A stretch of 63,088 nucleotides of DNA, counting the filler. It is 6 parts of 6 records of this genome, joined end to end, with 100 filler letters (N's around TTAATTAATTAA, not from the genome) between each part and the next. Parts side by side here need not be neighbours in the genome. Positions count along the whole stretch, not along the records: positions 42,994 to 53,817 come from SRR31156797_19978; positions 53,918 to 63,088 come from SRR31156797_19982; 4 more parts are not named here. The stretch is one strand, 5' to 3'. Made by a program: the position numbers and the translations under genes. Positions 46,680 through 58,526 of the stretch are shown piece by piece. The notes below the pieces were generated by a model. It was not told the DNA's origin. It made no database searches and saw only the letters and a program-made list of their open reading frames with translations. Positions within the stretch are counted from its first letter, which is position 1; each line of letters starts with the position of its first letter.

Positions 46680-47882
46680 ATGAAAGAATGTGATGTTATT
46701 GTTGTTGGAGCAGGACCAATCGGTTCAACAGCTGCAAGATATGCTGCCATGCACGGTGCAAAAACACTGATGATTGAAGATCATCCATTCATAGGGAGTC
46801 CCGTGGGATGTACAGGACTGCTAAGCACACGTGCAGTCAAAGAATGCGATATAGAGCCATCGGATGATTTTGTCTACAATTCCGTAAGAGGAGCTTTTGT
46901 CCATTCCATGAAAGGAGATGCACTGCCAATAGACGGTAAAGAAACAAAAGCCTACGTCGTTTCCAGAAAGATGTTTGACCGCAGGCTTGCGGAAATGGCA
47001 GTCGATGAAGGTGTTGAACTTAGTTTAAATACAAGGGCTACAGCCATTGAAAACACTGGCAGAAATCAGAAAGTTTCGGTAATGATAAATGGTAAACACG
47101 AAACAATTGAAGCCAGAGTAATTATTGCTGCAGATGGAGTACGCAGCAAAATAGCAAAAATGGCTGGTCTTGGAAATGTAACAAAGGTTCTGCCGGGAAT
47201 CCAGGCAGAACTGCCTTACAAGTCAGATGACACTGATTTTGTAGAATTATTTATGGGATCACAGGTACCGGGTTTTTTTGGCTGGACAGTTCCTGTGAAT
47301 GAAAATATTTCCCGCGTGGGAATGGCAATTGATCCAAGTTGCGGAATGAATGCCCATCAGGTACTTGAAAATTTGCTCACAAAGAATTCACATGTTGCTG
47401 ACAGATATGGAGGAGGAAAACTTGATCTTGTTATGGGCGGGATACCTCTTGGACCGCTTGAAAAAACATATTCAGACGGACTAATGGTTGTCGGAGATGC
47501 TGCAGGTCAGGTTAAGCCCACTTCCGGGGGTGGAATTTATACCGGGGCTGTGTGTGCAAAGATCGCCGGGGAGATGGCTGCCAGGGCGGCGGCTGAAGAA
47601 GACAGCTCCGCAGACTACCTTGCCGAATATGACAGGAAGTGGCGGGGAAAAATAGGAAAAGAGCTTTCCATGGGAATGAGGATACACAAGTTCATCACAA
47701 GACTTGAGGATAGCGAGCTTGATGAGCTTATAGGTTCAATGAACAATCCGAAAATACTTGATACGATCACAAACTACGGGGATATGGATCATCCTTCAAT
47801 ACTGATTAAGAAGATGCTACACCCCTCAAAATCACTGCACATGTTTAAGGTATTCCGTGCTTTTGCAAAGGCTGTACTTTGA
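46680..47882 (+). CDS. Geranylgeranyl reductase family (digeranylgeranylglycerophospholipid reductase-like)
   Basis: DVIVVGAGPIG, PVGCTG, R..FDRRLA, AADG, FFGW..P, VGDAAGQVKPTSGGGI. Confidence 0.88.
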   Translation: MKECDVIVVGAGPIGSTAARYAAMHGAKTLMIEDHPFIGSPVGCTGLLSTRAVKECDIEPSDDFVYNSVRGAFVHSMKGDALPIDGKETKAYVVSRKMFDRRLAEMAVDEGVELSLNTRATAIENTGRNQKVSVMINGKHETIEARVIIAADGVRSKIAKMAGLGNVTKVLPGIQAELPYKSDDTDFVELFMGSQVPGFFGWTVPVNENISRVGMAIDPSCGMNAHQVLENLLTKNSHVADRYGGGKLDLVMGGIPLGPLEKTYSDGLMVVGDAAGQVKPTSGGGIYTGAVCAKIAGEMAARAAAEEDSSADYLAEYDRKWRGKIGKELSMGMRIHKFITRLEDSELDELIGSMNNPKILDTITNYGDMDHPSILIKKMLHPSKSLHMFKVFRAFAKAVL

Positions 47883-47902
47883 AGTAGTCCGGTGGATTAA
47901 TT

Positions 47903-48415
47903 TCAGGATATACTGACACCTTTTACGGATTCCAGTCTGAGCAGATCTTCCACAACACTTCCGGGAACCTTGGTGTCTGTAATTATTGTCAGCCGTGGCT
48001 CACTTACAAAGAAAGGATCATCAGATACTGCCTGCCTGATACTGACATCGTGCTTTGCTATGACCGTGGATACATCAGAGATGATACCCTTATGGGAAGC
48101 ATCATCCGGTGTAATAATAACTACACCCTGGCCCATGAGAGGTGCCACATCACGAAGGAATGGGATGGATTTTATGTTCTGGAAGACTTTCTTTAGCTGA
48201 TCATCCGAAAGGATCACTTCTGTTGTGGAATCCACTACGCGCCGGTCAACTCCGGCTTCCCTGGCAAGCTGTGTATGGGCGATCTCTATTGAACCTGAGC
48301 TTACCTTGCCTTCATCATTTACCTGGAAACCTCGTTCAAAAATGACTTTCAGGACCTTTTGCTGTGCAGGGTATTTTTCGAACTTCCTGAGTAATGTGCT
48401 CCACATATCAATCAT
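47903..48415 (-). CDS. Archaeal ACT-domain regulator of amino acid metabolism
   Basis: N-terminal HTH-like LAREAGVDRRVV; C-terminal ACT (GIISDV...VSIRQAVSDDP). Confidence 0.8.
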   Translation of the reverse strand: MIDMWSTLLRKFEKYPAQQKVLKVIFERGFQVNDEGKVSSGSIEIAHTQLAREAGVDRRVVDSTTEVILSDDQLKKVFQNIKSIPFLRDVAPLMGQGVVIITPDDASHKGIISDVSTVIAKHDVSIRQAVSDDPFFVSEPRLTIITDTKVPGSVVEDLLRLESVKGVSIS

Positions 48416-48663
48416 GTAATCATTTAAATTATAAAGATTTAAAGGTTTATTACTCAGAGCACATTCTAAGAAAATAATCTAAGCACGATATTGAAAGGAT
48501 GATTTAAGTAGAAGTTTACCTATAGTAAATGCAATCATCTTTCAATAAAGATAATAACCCGAAATATGGTCGCTTTCCAGTTAGACAACAATACTTGATA
48601 TTGGCTCATTTTTGCGATCAATGTGTATTTCGGGATCACATGATTATACTATGGAGGTATGGA

Positions 48664-50004
48664 ATGAAAATATACAAGGATTATGACGATCTTCCAAAAA
48701 TTAAATTACCACTTGGGCAGGAAGTATCCATAAGTGACAGCACGATCAGGGATGGGGCACAGATGCCTGGTGTTGTGATGAAAAGCCAGCAGAAGTTTCA
48801 GATATACAACTACCTGCATCGTATAGGAATAGAGAAACTCGAGACCTTCGTCTATAATGACAGAGACAGAAAGGCCATCAAGCTCATGATGGACCAGGGA
48901 TATGAATTCCCGGAGATCACAGGATGGGCACGTGCAAACCCTGCTGATATAGATATGGTCCTGAACATCGATGGCATTGAGGAGACAGGTGTCCTTATGT
49001 CAGTCTCAGACCCTCATATCGTTGACAAGATGGGATTGACCCGTGAAGCAGCAGAGGAGAAGTACCTTACAGCACTCCAATATGCAGTTGATCACGGTCT
49101 TCGCACCAGGGCTCACATCGAGGATATGACCCGTGCTGATAATTACAATTTTACCTTCCCTCTTGTAAAGAAGATAATGGATATCGACCCAGACTGTACA
49201 ATACGCATATGCGACACCATTGGATTTGGCATACCATTTGTCGGTGTCGATGAGCCATTCGGTATTCCGATGATCACAAAGTATCTGAAGGACGAGCTCA
49301 ATGTCAAGAATATCGAGACACACTGTCACGATGACTTCGGTCTTGCAGTTGCCAATTCCGTTGCAGGATACTGGCACGGTGCTAACTGGTCAAATGTAAC
49401 ATTCCTGGGTATCGGGGAAAGAGCAGGCAATGCAGAGATGGAGAAACTCCTGCTGTTCCTTGCAAGGCGTATCGAAGGCTTTGACAAGTACAACCTTGAT
49501 GCAATTGTGGAATTCTCAAAGTTCATGCAAAAAGAGATTGGTATCCGTATCCCGAGGAACAAGTCTGTTGTAGGTAACAATGTCTTTGCCCACGAGTCTG
49601 GTATTCACTCTGCAGGTGTCATCAAGAACCCGTTCACATACGAGCCATATCCACCTGAGATCGTTGGTGGAAAGAGGATATTCCTCATTGGCGACTCATC
49701 CGGTATCGAGGTACTCAGGTACAAGGTTCAGGAAACCCTCAATGAACTGATGGAAGTGAGTATAGAAATCGATAAGAATGACAAACGTCTCAGAGCAATA
49801 CAGACTGAGATCCAGAAGCTCTATAATTCGGAAAAGAGAGTATCCTGTATTTCCGATGAGGAAATACTGGGTTATGTCAAGAAATACTTCATGTTTGATA
49901 AGATCGTGGAGAGCGAGATCCACCATCAGGATGAGGAAGACAATAGCGACGAATCCGATGGAAAGGACTATGCAAAGGTCCGCATGCACGATACTGTAGA
50001 GTGA
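48664..50004 (+). CDS. DRE-TIM (LeuA/homocitrate synthase superfamily) enzyme, Re-citrate-synthase-like
   Basis: DSTIRDGAQ, GYEFPEITGWARA, ETGVLMSVSD.HI, RAHIEDMTRAD, HCHDDFG, GIGERAGN, AHESGIH; GGAGG RBS before ATG 48664. Confidence 0.8.
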   Translation: MKIYKDYDDLPKIKLPLGQEVSISDSTIRDGAQMPGVVMKSQQKFQIYNYLHRIGIEKLETFVYNDRDRKAIKLMMDQGYEFPEITGWARANPADIDMVLNIDGIEETGVLMSVSDPHIVDKMGLTREAAEEKYLTALQYAVDHGLRTRAHIEDMTRADNYNFTFPLVKKIMDIDPDCTIRICDTIGFGIPFVGVDEPFGIPMITKYLKDELNVKNIETHCHDDFGLAVANSVAGYWHGANWSNVTFLGIGERAGNAEMEKLLLFLARRIEGFDKYNLDAIVEFSKFMQKEIGIRIPRNKSVVGNNVFAHESGIHSAGVIKNPFTYEPYPPEIVGGKRIFLIGDSSGIEVLRYKVQETLNELMEVSIEIDKNDKRLRAIQTEIQKLYNSEKRVSCISDEEILGYVKKYFMFDKIVESEIHHQDEEDNSDESDGKDYAKVRMHDTVE

Positions 50005-50075
50005 GTGCGAAATCAAATATGATATTATGGTGGAGAATTCCACCATAAAGACATTTTTTAAAAGATATTAAGAGA

Positions 50076-50255
50076 CTATTCTTCAACTTCAACAATTTCT
50101 GCTGTAGCAGCATTCTTCTTTACAGACTCAATTCCATGCATACAGGCGGCTTTGCTTGAATAGCCCTGTCCATTTGCAATGATCTCACCGTTTCCAGCCT
50201 TGAGTCTGAACCTGTACTTTCCGCCTTTATCCTGATATACTTCAAATTTTGACAT
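50076..50255 (-). CDS. YegP/DUF1508 (HVO_2922-like) small protein
   Basis: FEVYQDKGGKYRFRLKAGNGEIIA.GQGY.SKAAC..GIESVKKNA. Confidence 0.88.
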   Translation of the reverse strand: MSKFEVYQDKGGKYRFRLKAGNGEIIANGQGYSSKAACMHGIESVKKNAATAEIVEVEE

Positions 50256-50427
50256 CAAATCACTTACTCCTAGCTAATAAAGCGGGGAAATATGAATTAC
50301 GACGATTTACGACACAACTCCCCACAAAAAATAGAGAGTTGAACTATAAATGATTTCTGGAATGTAGTGTTGAGGAAAAAATCCAAAATCAATTGTTGTG
50401 AAAAGAAAAAAGGGATATTGAGATGAA

Positions 50428-50684
50428 TTATTTCATCTCAGTTTCGACGTACTTTGCAATAGCATCGGTCATTTCGGTCATCTTTGCGTGCCTCCAAGGT
50501 CGTGTGCTATATACTTGCCTTCAGCGATTACTTTCCCTGTTGCTGCAAAGATTGCCTTTGATTGCTCGCTCTAGCCAAGATAGTCAAGCATCCATGCCCA
50601 TGCAAAGATGGTTGCAACAGGTTCACCTTGTCCTGTCCTGCGTACTTTGGTGCTGAACCGTATGCTGGCTCAAACATTGCGTAA
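50428..50684 (-). pseudogene. Decayed 3' end of a dimeric isocitrate/isopropylmalate dehydrogenase gene
   Basis: YAMFEPAYGSAPKYAGQDKVN / frameshift / PVATIFAWAWMLDYLG * SEQSKAIFAATGKVIAEGKYIAHDLGG / frameshift / AKMTEMTDAIAKYVETEMK*. Confidence 0.85.
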
Positions 50685-52931
<2,247 letters not shown>

Positions 52932-53098
52932 TTAATATTGCTCAAAATCAATACGTTTTTTAACAAATTGTAATTTGACAGAAAACAAATAATTTATTAG
53001 AATAAAATGCAAATTAAGAGCAAATTGCTCTATTAACGACTCCATCATATATATGTCATACCCAGTAGGGAAACATAAGACATAATGTTTAAAAAAGG

Positions 53099-53332
53099 TT
53101 ATGTATTCCCATAAATACCTGTAACCCTTGCAAGGTTCAAAAGCCTCATGATAGTTACAGCGATAACAAATGTAAAGACAAGCAGCACAATCACCAGCAC
53201 AGCAGCCCTTTCAAGTGAAACATCAGTATAGAATAGCATAAAAGAAGCTATGGATATAATGATCAACTGGCCGAGTAATGACAACATACTAAGCCATACT
53301 TCCTTCCTTGTCAAAAAGGGCTTCATATTCAT
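53099..53332 (-). CDS. Small two-TM hypothetical membrane protein
   Basis: 77 aa with two hydrophobic segments. Confidence 0.5.
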   Translation of the reverse strand: MNMKPFLTRKEVWLSMLSLLGQLIIISIASFMLFYTDVSLERAAVLVIVLLVFTFVIAVTIMRLLNLARVTGIYGNT

Positions 53333-53582
53333 AGGTTTGTATTGATGTTATGATCATTTATAGATAATTGCCTGCTAACTCCCAGAGATATCAAATTAGC
53401 CCTAAAAAGTCTATTTTTAATTAGGCAGGATTTTCCTAAAGATTAAAGATATTACATCAACGGTTTTTGTGTAATGGATTATTTATATGCCATTGCATTT
53501 ATATTAAATAGTGTATTGTTATATTATATTGTATTGGCAGTCAACAATTTAAACCCAATACATCTTCTGCCGGAGCAGTTCT

Positions 53583-53817
53583 ATGGACAAAAACATCAAT
53601 TCGCATATAGGCCTCTTTGAAGAAGTAATAACGCATAGCCATTCAGTTCTATTCTTATGGAAAGCTGAAGAAGGATGGCCTGTTGAACTTGTTTCAGAAA
53701 ACGTTTCTATGTTTGGGTATTCTGCAGATGATTTTCTCACAGGGAAAGTGATATTTGCAGACATTATACATCCTGATGACCTGGAGCGTGTTTCACAGGA
53801 GGTTGAACTTAGTTCCG
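53583..53817 (+). CDS. PAS-domain protein, N-terminal fragment
   Basis: FLWKAEEGWPVELVSENV..FGYS.DDF..G...FADIIHPDDLERV; truncated at contig end. Confidence 0.85.
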
Positions 53818-53917
53818 NNNNNNNNNNNNNNNNNNNNNNNNNNNNNNNNNNNNNNNNNNNNTTAATTAATTAANNNNNNNNNNNNNNNNNNNNNNNNNNN
53901 NNNNNNNNNNNNNNNNN
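53818..53917. other. Artificial contig spacer
   Basis: N44-TTAATTAATTAA-N44. Confidence 0.98.
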
Positions 53918-53987
53918 AAAAGTTTTAGCAAACTATTATATTTACCAAAACTATCTTAATCCTAAAAATAAGATATTTTTTAGTGAA

Positions 53988-54500
53988 CTAATCAAAAGTA
54001 TCAAAAACTACTGATTGTTCTTTTGGAAAGCTTAGCTCTTGGGAGTATTGATCATCTAAGAAAATCTTCAATTTTAATTGATCAACCCCTTTGATGTTTT
54101 TAAATTTTACTTGCTTATATGATGCCCAATTATTCTTAAAAGGGATATTTTTATATAGTGTCGTTTGCGTATTCATCTCTTTTGATTCAAAAGTAGAGAT
54201 AATATTATTACCCACCACTCTTTTTATATCAAGTTTAGAAAAGCTCTTATCAGAGATATAGCTTCCAATTATAAAGTGCTGATATCCATCATCCCACTGT
54301 TTAAGTTCTGCTCCATTAAGATAAGTGATATTAACGATTGCTTTTACCTCATCATTTACAACTATTTTAGCTATTTTTGTATATTTTGCTAATTGCGCAT
54401 ATCTTGGGTCTTTGTTTGAGTATTTTGTAGCACTTTTTTCACTGCACCCAAGCAGTGTAAAACTAATGATAAATAAACTTATTATTATACTTTTTCTCAT
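53988..54500 (-). CDS. Hypothetical lipoprotein
   Basis: MRKSIII...LLGC lipobox. Confidence 0.7.
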   Translation of the reverse strand: MRKSIIISLFIISFTLLGCSEKSATKYSNKDPRYAQLAKYTKIAKIVVNDEVKAIVNITYLNGAELKQWDDGYQHFIIGSYISDKSFSKLDIKRVVGNNIISTFESKEMNTQTTLYKNIPFKNNWASYKQVKFKNIKGVDQLKLKIFLDDQYSQELSFPKEQSVVFDTFD

Positions 54501-54661
54501 AAATGAATTGTACATAAATAGTTTTTAAACTTCACTATTATTTCACTAGTTCCTTATCTGTTTTTGTATACTCCTTGTATAAAAAACATGAAAAAGCTTT
54601 TTTAATCTAATACGAAAATATATTAATAAAAATTCTACATAAGTTTTGCTAACATTTCATT

Positions 54662-55045
54662 ATGTTAGCAATCAATGATATCAAGCCTTTACACACAATA
54701 CCTGATTATTCTATATATTTTTATTATGGTGGTATTATACTTGTTGTTTTAGCAATTATTTTTTTACTCTATATGATCTATACATTTATCCAAAAAAAGA
54801 AAAATTCTATTGAAAAAACATATTTTAAAATACTTCAGGATATAGATTTATCTCAGCCAAAACATGCTGCATATACTATTTCAAAATATGGAACACTATT
54901 AGCAAAAGAAGAGAGACAAAAAACTCTTATGTATGAACTTAATACTCATCTAGAATCTTATAAATATAAAAAAGTGGTACCTGAGAATATTGATACTAAA
55001 ACAAAAACTCTTTATGAAACATTTTTGGAGAGCTTAGATGTTTGA
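54662..55045 (+). CDS. Single-TM protein usually encoded next to BatA-like vWA genes (DUF4381-like)
   Basis: INDIKPL..IPDYS followed by TM; overlaps the vWA start. Confidence 0.6.
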   Translation: MLAINDIKPLHTIPDYSIYFYYGGIILVVLAIIFLLYMIYTFIQKKKNSIEKTYFKILQDIDLSQPKHAAYTISKYGTLLAKEERQKTLMYELNTHLESYKYKKVVPENIDTKTKTLYETFLESLDV

Positions 55046-55961
55046 GACTCTTCTTTTAATAAAATTTGAATATCCATATTTACTGTTATTGATATTTCTT
55101 TTTATGCTGTGTAGTAAATTTTGCAAACCAAGATCAAATGCTTTATATCTTCCACATTTACATATCTATACCAATAGCTCATCAAAAAATCAATCTTTTT
55201 TATCCCTTTTAAAATGGATCACTATTATTTTTTCTATTATTGCACTAGCATCTCCAATTAAAGAGTTTGATGTGATCAATAAAAAAACGCAAGGGGTAGA
55301 TATGATCCTCTCCCTTGATACTAGTGCTTCGATGCAACAAATAGGCTTTAATCTACAAAATCTTCATCAAAATAGATGGGAAGTGGTAAGTGAGATCGTT
55401 AGTGATTTTATAAAAACAAGACAAGCTGATAATATAGGAATCGTAGTATTTGGAACAAGTGTGATGACTGCATCACCTCTTAGTTATGATAAAAAAGCCC
55501 AAGAGAGGATCATAAAATCTTTAGATATTGGAATAGCTGGGGATAAAACTGCTCTTTTAGATAGTATTGCAACTTCTATAAATATTTTAAAAAATAGAGA
55601 AGCTAAGTCAAAAATAATTATTGCTCTTACAGATGGTGAAGATACAGCAAGTACTATACCACTTCAAGTGATCACCAAATTAGCAAAAAAATACCAAATC
55701 AAAATATATACCATCGCAATTGGAGCAACTAATAGATTTATGATGGAAGAACTGGCTTCAAAAAGTGGAGGAAAAAGTTTTATTGCTTTGAGTAAAGATG
55801 ATCTCAATGATGTATATCAAATCATAAATAACTTAGAAAAGAGTGAGCTAGATCAAAATAAGATCGTACTCAAAGAGTATCTTTTCTTTTATCCTTTAAT
55901 GATCGCTTTTTTAAGTTTACTACTTTTTATCTTTTTAAAAAATAGACGCTATACAACTTAA
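55038..55961 (+). CDS. BatA-like vWA-domain protein
   Basis: FEYPYLLLL, LDTSASM MIDAS motif, TAL.D, LTDGED, IYTIAIG, C-terminal TM. Confidence 0.88.
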   Translation: MFETLLLIKFEYPYLLLLIFLFMLCSKFCKPRSNALYLPHLHIYTNSSSKNQSFLSLLKWITIIFSIIALASPIKEFDVINKKTQGVDMILSLDTSASMQQIGFNLQNLHQNRWEVVSEIVSDFIKTRQADNIGIVVFGTSVMTASPLSYDKKAQERIIKSLDIGIAGDKTALLDSIATSINILKNREAKSKIIIALTDGEDTASTIPLQVITKLAKKYQIKIYTIAIGATNRFMMEELASKSGGKSFIALSKDDLNDVYQIINNLEKSELDQNKIVLKEYLFFYPLMIAFLSLLLFIFLKNRRYTT

Positions 55962-57241
55962 ATCTGAGCACTTAAAGAAAAGATATCTTTTGTAGTTTCT
56001 AGGATCTCATCTCCATGAGACTCTTTTGAAAGCTCTTTTAGTCTTACAGTTGGGGTATGTAAAAACTCATTCATCACTGTTTGGCATAGCTTTTTAATAT
56101 TCTCTTCATCTTCTTGTTTGATAAAGTGTTTTTTAATAGCATTGGCAACTTTTTTCTCAATAATTGCATCACTTCTAAATCTGATATCTTTAATGATTGG
56201 TTCTACACTTAAAGTATTGAGCCATGAGAAAAACTCTGTAGTCATATGCCCTACAATAGAAAAAGCCTCTTTTGCTTGCTCTGCTCGAAGCTCCATATTT
56301 TCATCTACGATACATTGAAGATCATCTACACTATAGATATTCACATCTTCTATTTCCATCTTTTCAATATCTCTTGGAAGAGCTATATCAAACCAGTTTC
56401 TTGTATAGGTAAACTCTTTTACCATCTCACGTTTGATAATTGGATATGGAGCAGCAGTTGCTGTAAACATCAATCTCATAGAGTTTAATAGCTCTTCAAG
56501 CTGCTCATATGGTTTTACCTCTATTTGATCATGGGAATATTCTGCACCATTTCCATCACTGATAATAGAGTGGGCTAAGATTCGTGCTTTTTTGATATTA
56601 CGTGAACAGATCACTACATTAAATCCATATCGTAAAAGATGTCTACAGGCTAGTTCACTCATCTCCCCTGCTCCAATTACTAAAGCTCTTACACCTTCGC
56701 TATTTTCATAGATCTTTTTAGCTTGAGATACTGCTGTTGAAGCCACTGAAACTGATCCACTTCCAAGCTGAGTAGCATTTCTTACTCGTGCAGCACATTT
56801 AAAAGCATAGTGTAAAACTCGTGATAAGTCTTGTCCACAAAACTCTTTTTCAATGGAAAATTTAAAAGCATCTTTGAGTTGTCCTGCAATTTGAGTCTCT
56901 CCAACAACTAAACTATCTAGTGAAGATGCTACTGTGAAAATATGGTGTATCGCACTTTCATCTTCATAGATATCTACAAGCTCTTCAAGCTCATCTTTTT
57001 GCATCCCCGAATGATCACAAAAACACTTTAGTGAGAATTCAGTAGCTAGTTTAGATTCATTGACACTTAAGATCAGTTCGATTCTATTACAAGTAGAAAG
57101 AAGTATCGCTTCATTGATCTCATCACTTTTAGAGATCGCTTTTAAAAAGCTCTCTTTTTCCACTTCATTATTAAAAGCTAACTTCTCACGTGTGGCGATA
57201 TCTGTATTTTTATGGGTAAAACTAAATACTAAATATTCCAA
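55958..57241 (-). CDS. hemA: Glutamyl-tRNA reductase
   Basis: REKLAF, LSTCNRIE, SLDSLVVGETQIAGQ, IGAGEM, DIALPRDI. Confidence 0.95.
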   Translation of the reverse strand: MEYLVFSFTHKNTDIATREKLAFNNEVEKESFLKAISKSDEINEAILLSTCNRIELILSVNESKLATEFSLKCFCDHSGMQKDELEELVDIYEDESAIHHIFTVASSLDSLVVGETQIAGQLKDAFKFSIEKEFCGQDLSRVLHYAFKCAARVRNATQLGSGSVSVASTAVSQAKKIYENSEGVRALVIGAGEMSELACRHLLRYGFNVVICSRNIKKARILAHSIISDGNGAEYSHDQIEVKPYEQLEELLNSMRLMFTATAAPYPIIKREMVKEFTYTRNWFDIALPRDIEKMEIEDVNIYSVDDLQCIVDENMELRAEQAKEAFSIVGHMTTEFFSWLNTLSVEPIIKDIRFRSDAIIEKKVANAIKKHFIKQEDEENIKKLCQTVMNEFLHTPTVRLKELSKESHGDEILETTKDIFSLSAQI

Positions 57242-57242
57242 A

Positions 57243-58139
57243 TTAAAACTCTCTATGGATCATGGCAGCCATGATATTTTCTAGGTCTGTATTATTGTAC
57301 TCTTTGATCGCATTGATCGCTTCATTTCCAAGCTTTTGAGCAAGCTCAATACTTTGTTTTAAAGCCCCGCTTGTTTGCATCTGCTCTTTTATCCAAGCTG
57401 TTTCCTCAACACTGAGCTCTTTTTTATAAAGAGCTTCAAGCTTTTGTTTCTCTTCTATCTTTTCATGAAGTAAGAGGTATGGAATAGTTACTTTTCCCTC
57501 TACAAAATCAAGCATCGCTGGTTTTCCAAGAGTTTGAGAATCTTGTGTGATATCTAAAAGATCATCTACCATTTGAAAAGCAAGTCCAAGGTTTTTTCCA
57601 TACAAAGCAAAGGCTTCTTTATCTTTTGCACTGATAATTGCAGCAGCTTTTGCACTCGCTTCAATGAGGCTTGCTGTTTTTTTATAGATCATATCAAGAT
57701 ATTTATCATAGGAAGTATTAAAGCTCTCTGTTAGATCCACATCTAGCATCTCACCTATACTTAAAAGTGTTACTGCATTTGATACTGTATAAGCAACTTC
57801 ACTCTCCATAGAAGTAAGTTCTGTAAAAGCACGTGAATATAAAATATCTCCAAACATGATTGAAGTTTTATTATCATAAAGTGCATTGATTGATGGCTTT
57901 CCACGTCTTGTATCTGCTTCATCTATCACATCATCATGTAAAAGTGATGCTGCATGGATCATCTCAACGATTGCACAAAGTTTAATTGAGTCTTCATTTA
58001 CTCCTGCGATCTTTAAAATGAGTTTTGATCGTAGCATCTTCCCCTCAGGAAGTTGTGCAAGGAGTTTTAAACTTTTTTCATCCTTGATATCTTCTATAAA
58101 TGAAGATATCTTTTGTTTAACCTGTACTAACTCTTCCAT
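57243..58139 (-). CDS. ispB: Long-chain polyprenyl diphosphate synthase
   Basis: GKMLR, ASLLHDDVID.ADTRRG, KTASL, AFQMVDDLLD, GKVTIP. Confidence 0.88.
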   Translation of the reverse strand: MEELVQVKQKISSFIEDIKDEKSLKLLAQLPEGKMLRSKLILKIAGVNEDSIKLCAIVEMIHAASLLHDDVIDEADTRRGKPSINALYDNKTSIMFGDILYSRAFTELTSMESEVAYTVSNAVTLLSIGEMLDVDLTESFNTSYDKYLDMIYKKTASLIEASAKAAAIISAKDKEAFALYGKNLGLAFQMVDDLLDITQDSQTLGKPAMLDFVEGKVTIPYLLLHEKIEEKQKLEALYKKELSVEETAWIKEQMQTSGALKQSIELAQKLGNEAINAIKEYNNTDLENIMAAMIHREF

Positions 58140-58140
58140 A

Positions 58141-58437
58141 CTAGCTATCTAATCTACAAACAATCTCACCAGTCAATGCAACATAGGTACTTTTTTTATC
58201 TGTTTCAAGCTGCATAGAGTTTTCCCTTGCATATTGCTCAATCATTCGCTCTAAAGCTTCTTCTCCGTGAAGTTCACACAGCATATTTTCCATAACCGTA
58301 TACTTTTCAATAAAACTATCAAATTGATCTTTTACTAGATCATCGCTCGCTTGGTTTGCTATATCCCAAAATTTTGATCTTGGAGTTCCTCCAAAAATAT
58401 TCTCTTCATCTTCAAAAAGTGCATCATATTTACTCAT
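58141..58437 (-). CDS. DUF2018-like protein
   Basis: DEENIFGGTPRSKFWD motif; position upstream of ispB-hemA as in Campylobacterota. Confidence 0.7.
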   Translation of the reverse strand: MSKYDALFEDEENIFGGTPRSKFWDIANQASDDLVKDQFDSFIEKYTVMENMLCELHGEEALERMIEQYARENSMQLETDKKSTYVALTGEIVCRLDS

Positions 58438-58526
58438 AATTTTCCCTTATTTTTAAAGTTAAAATTATAGTGACCCTTTCCTTTAAATACAATTTTAGAA
58501 TAATACAAACCTATAGTTATAATCTT

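Noticed and set aside
50571-50573. In-frame TAG as a pyrrolysine codon in the dehydrogenase remnant
   Set aside because: Two frameshifts and the missing 5' part indicate decay rather than recoding
54662-55961. Two-gene Bat-like module without MoxR as a novel system
   Set aside because: Partners may be elsewhere in the genome; the arrangement is ordinary
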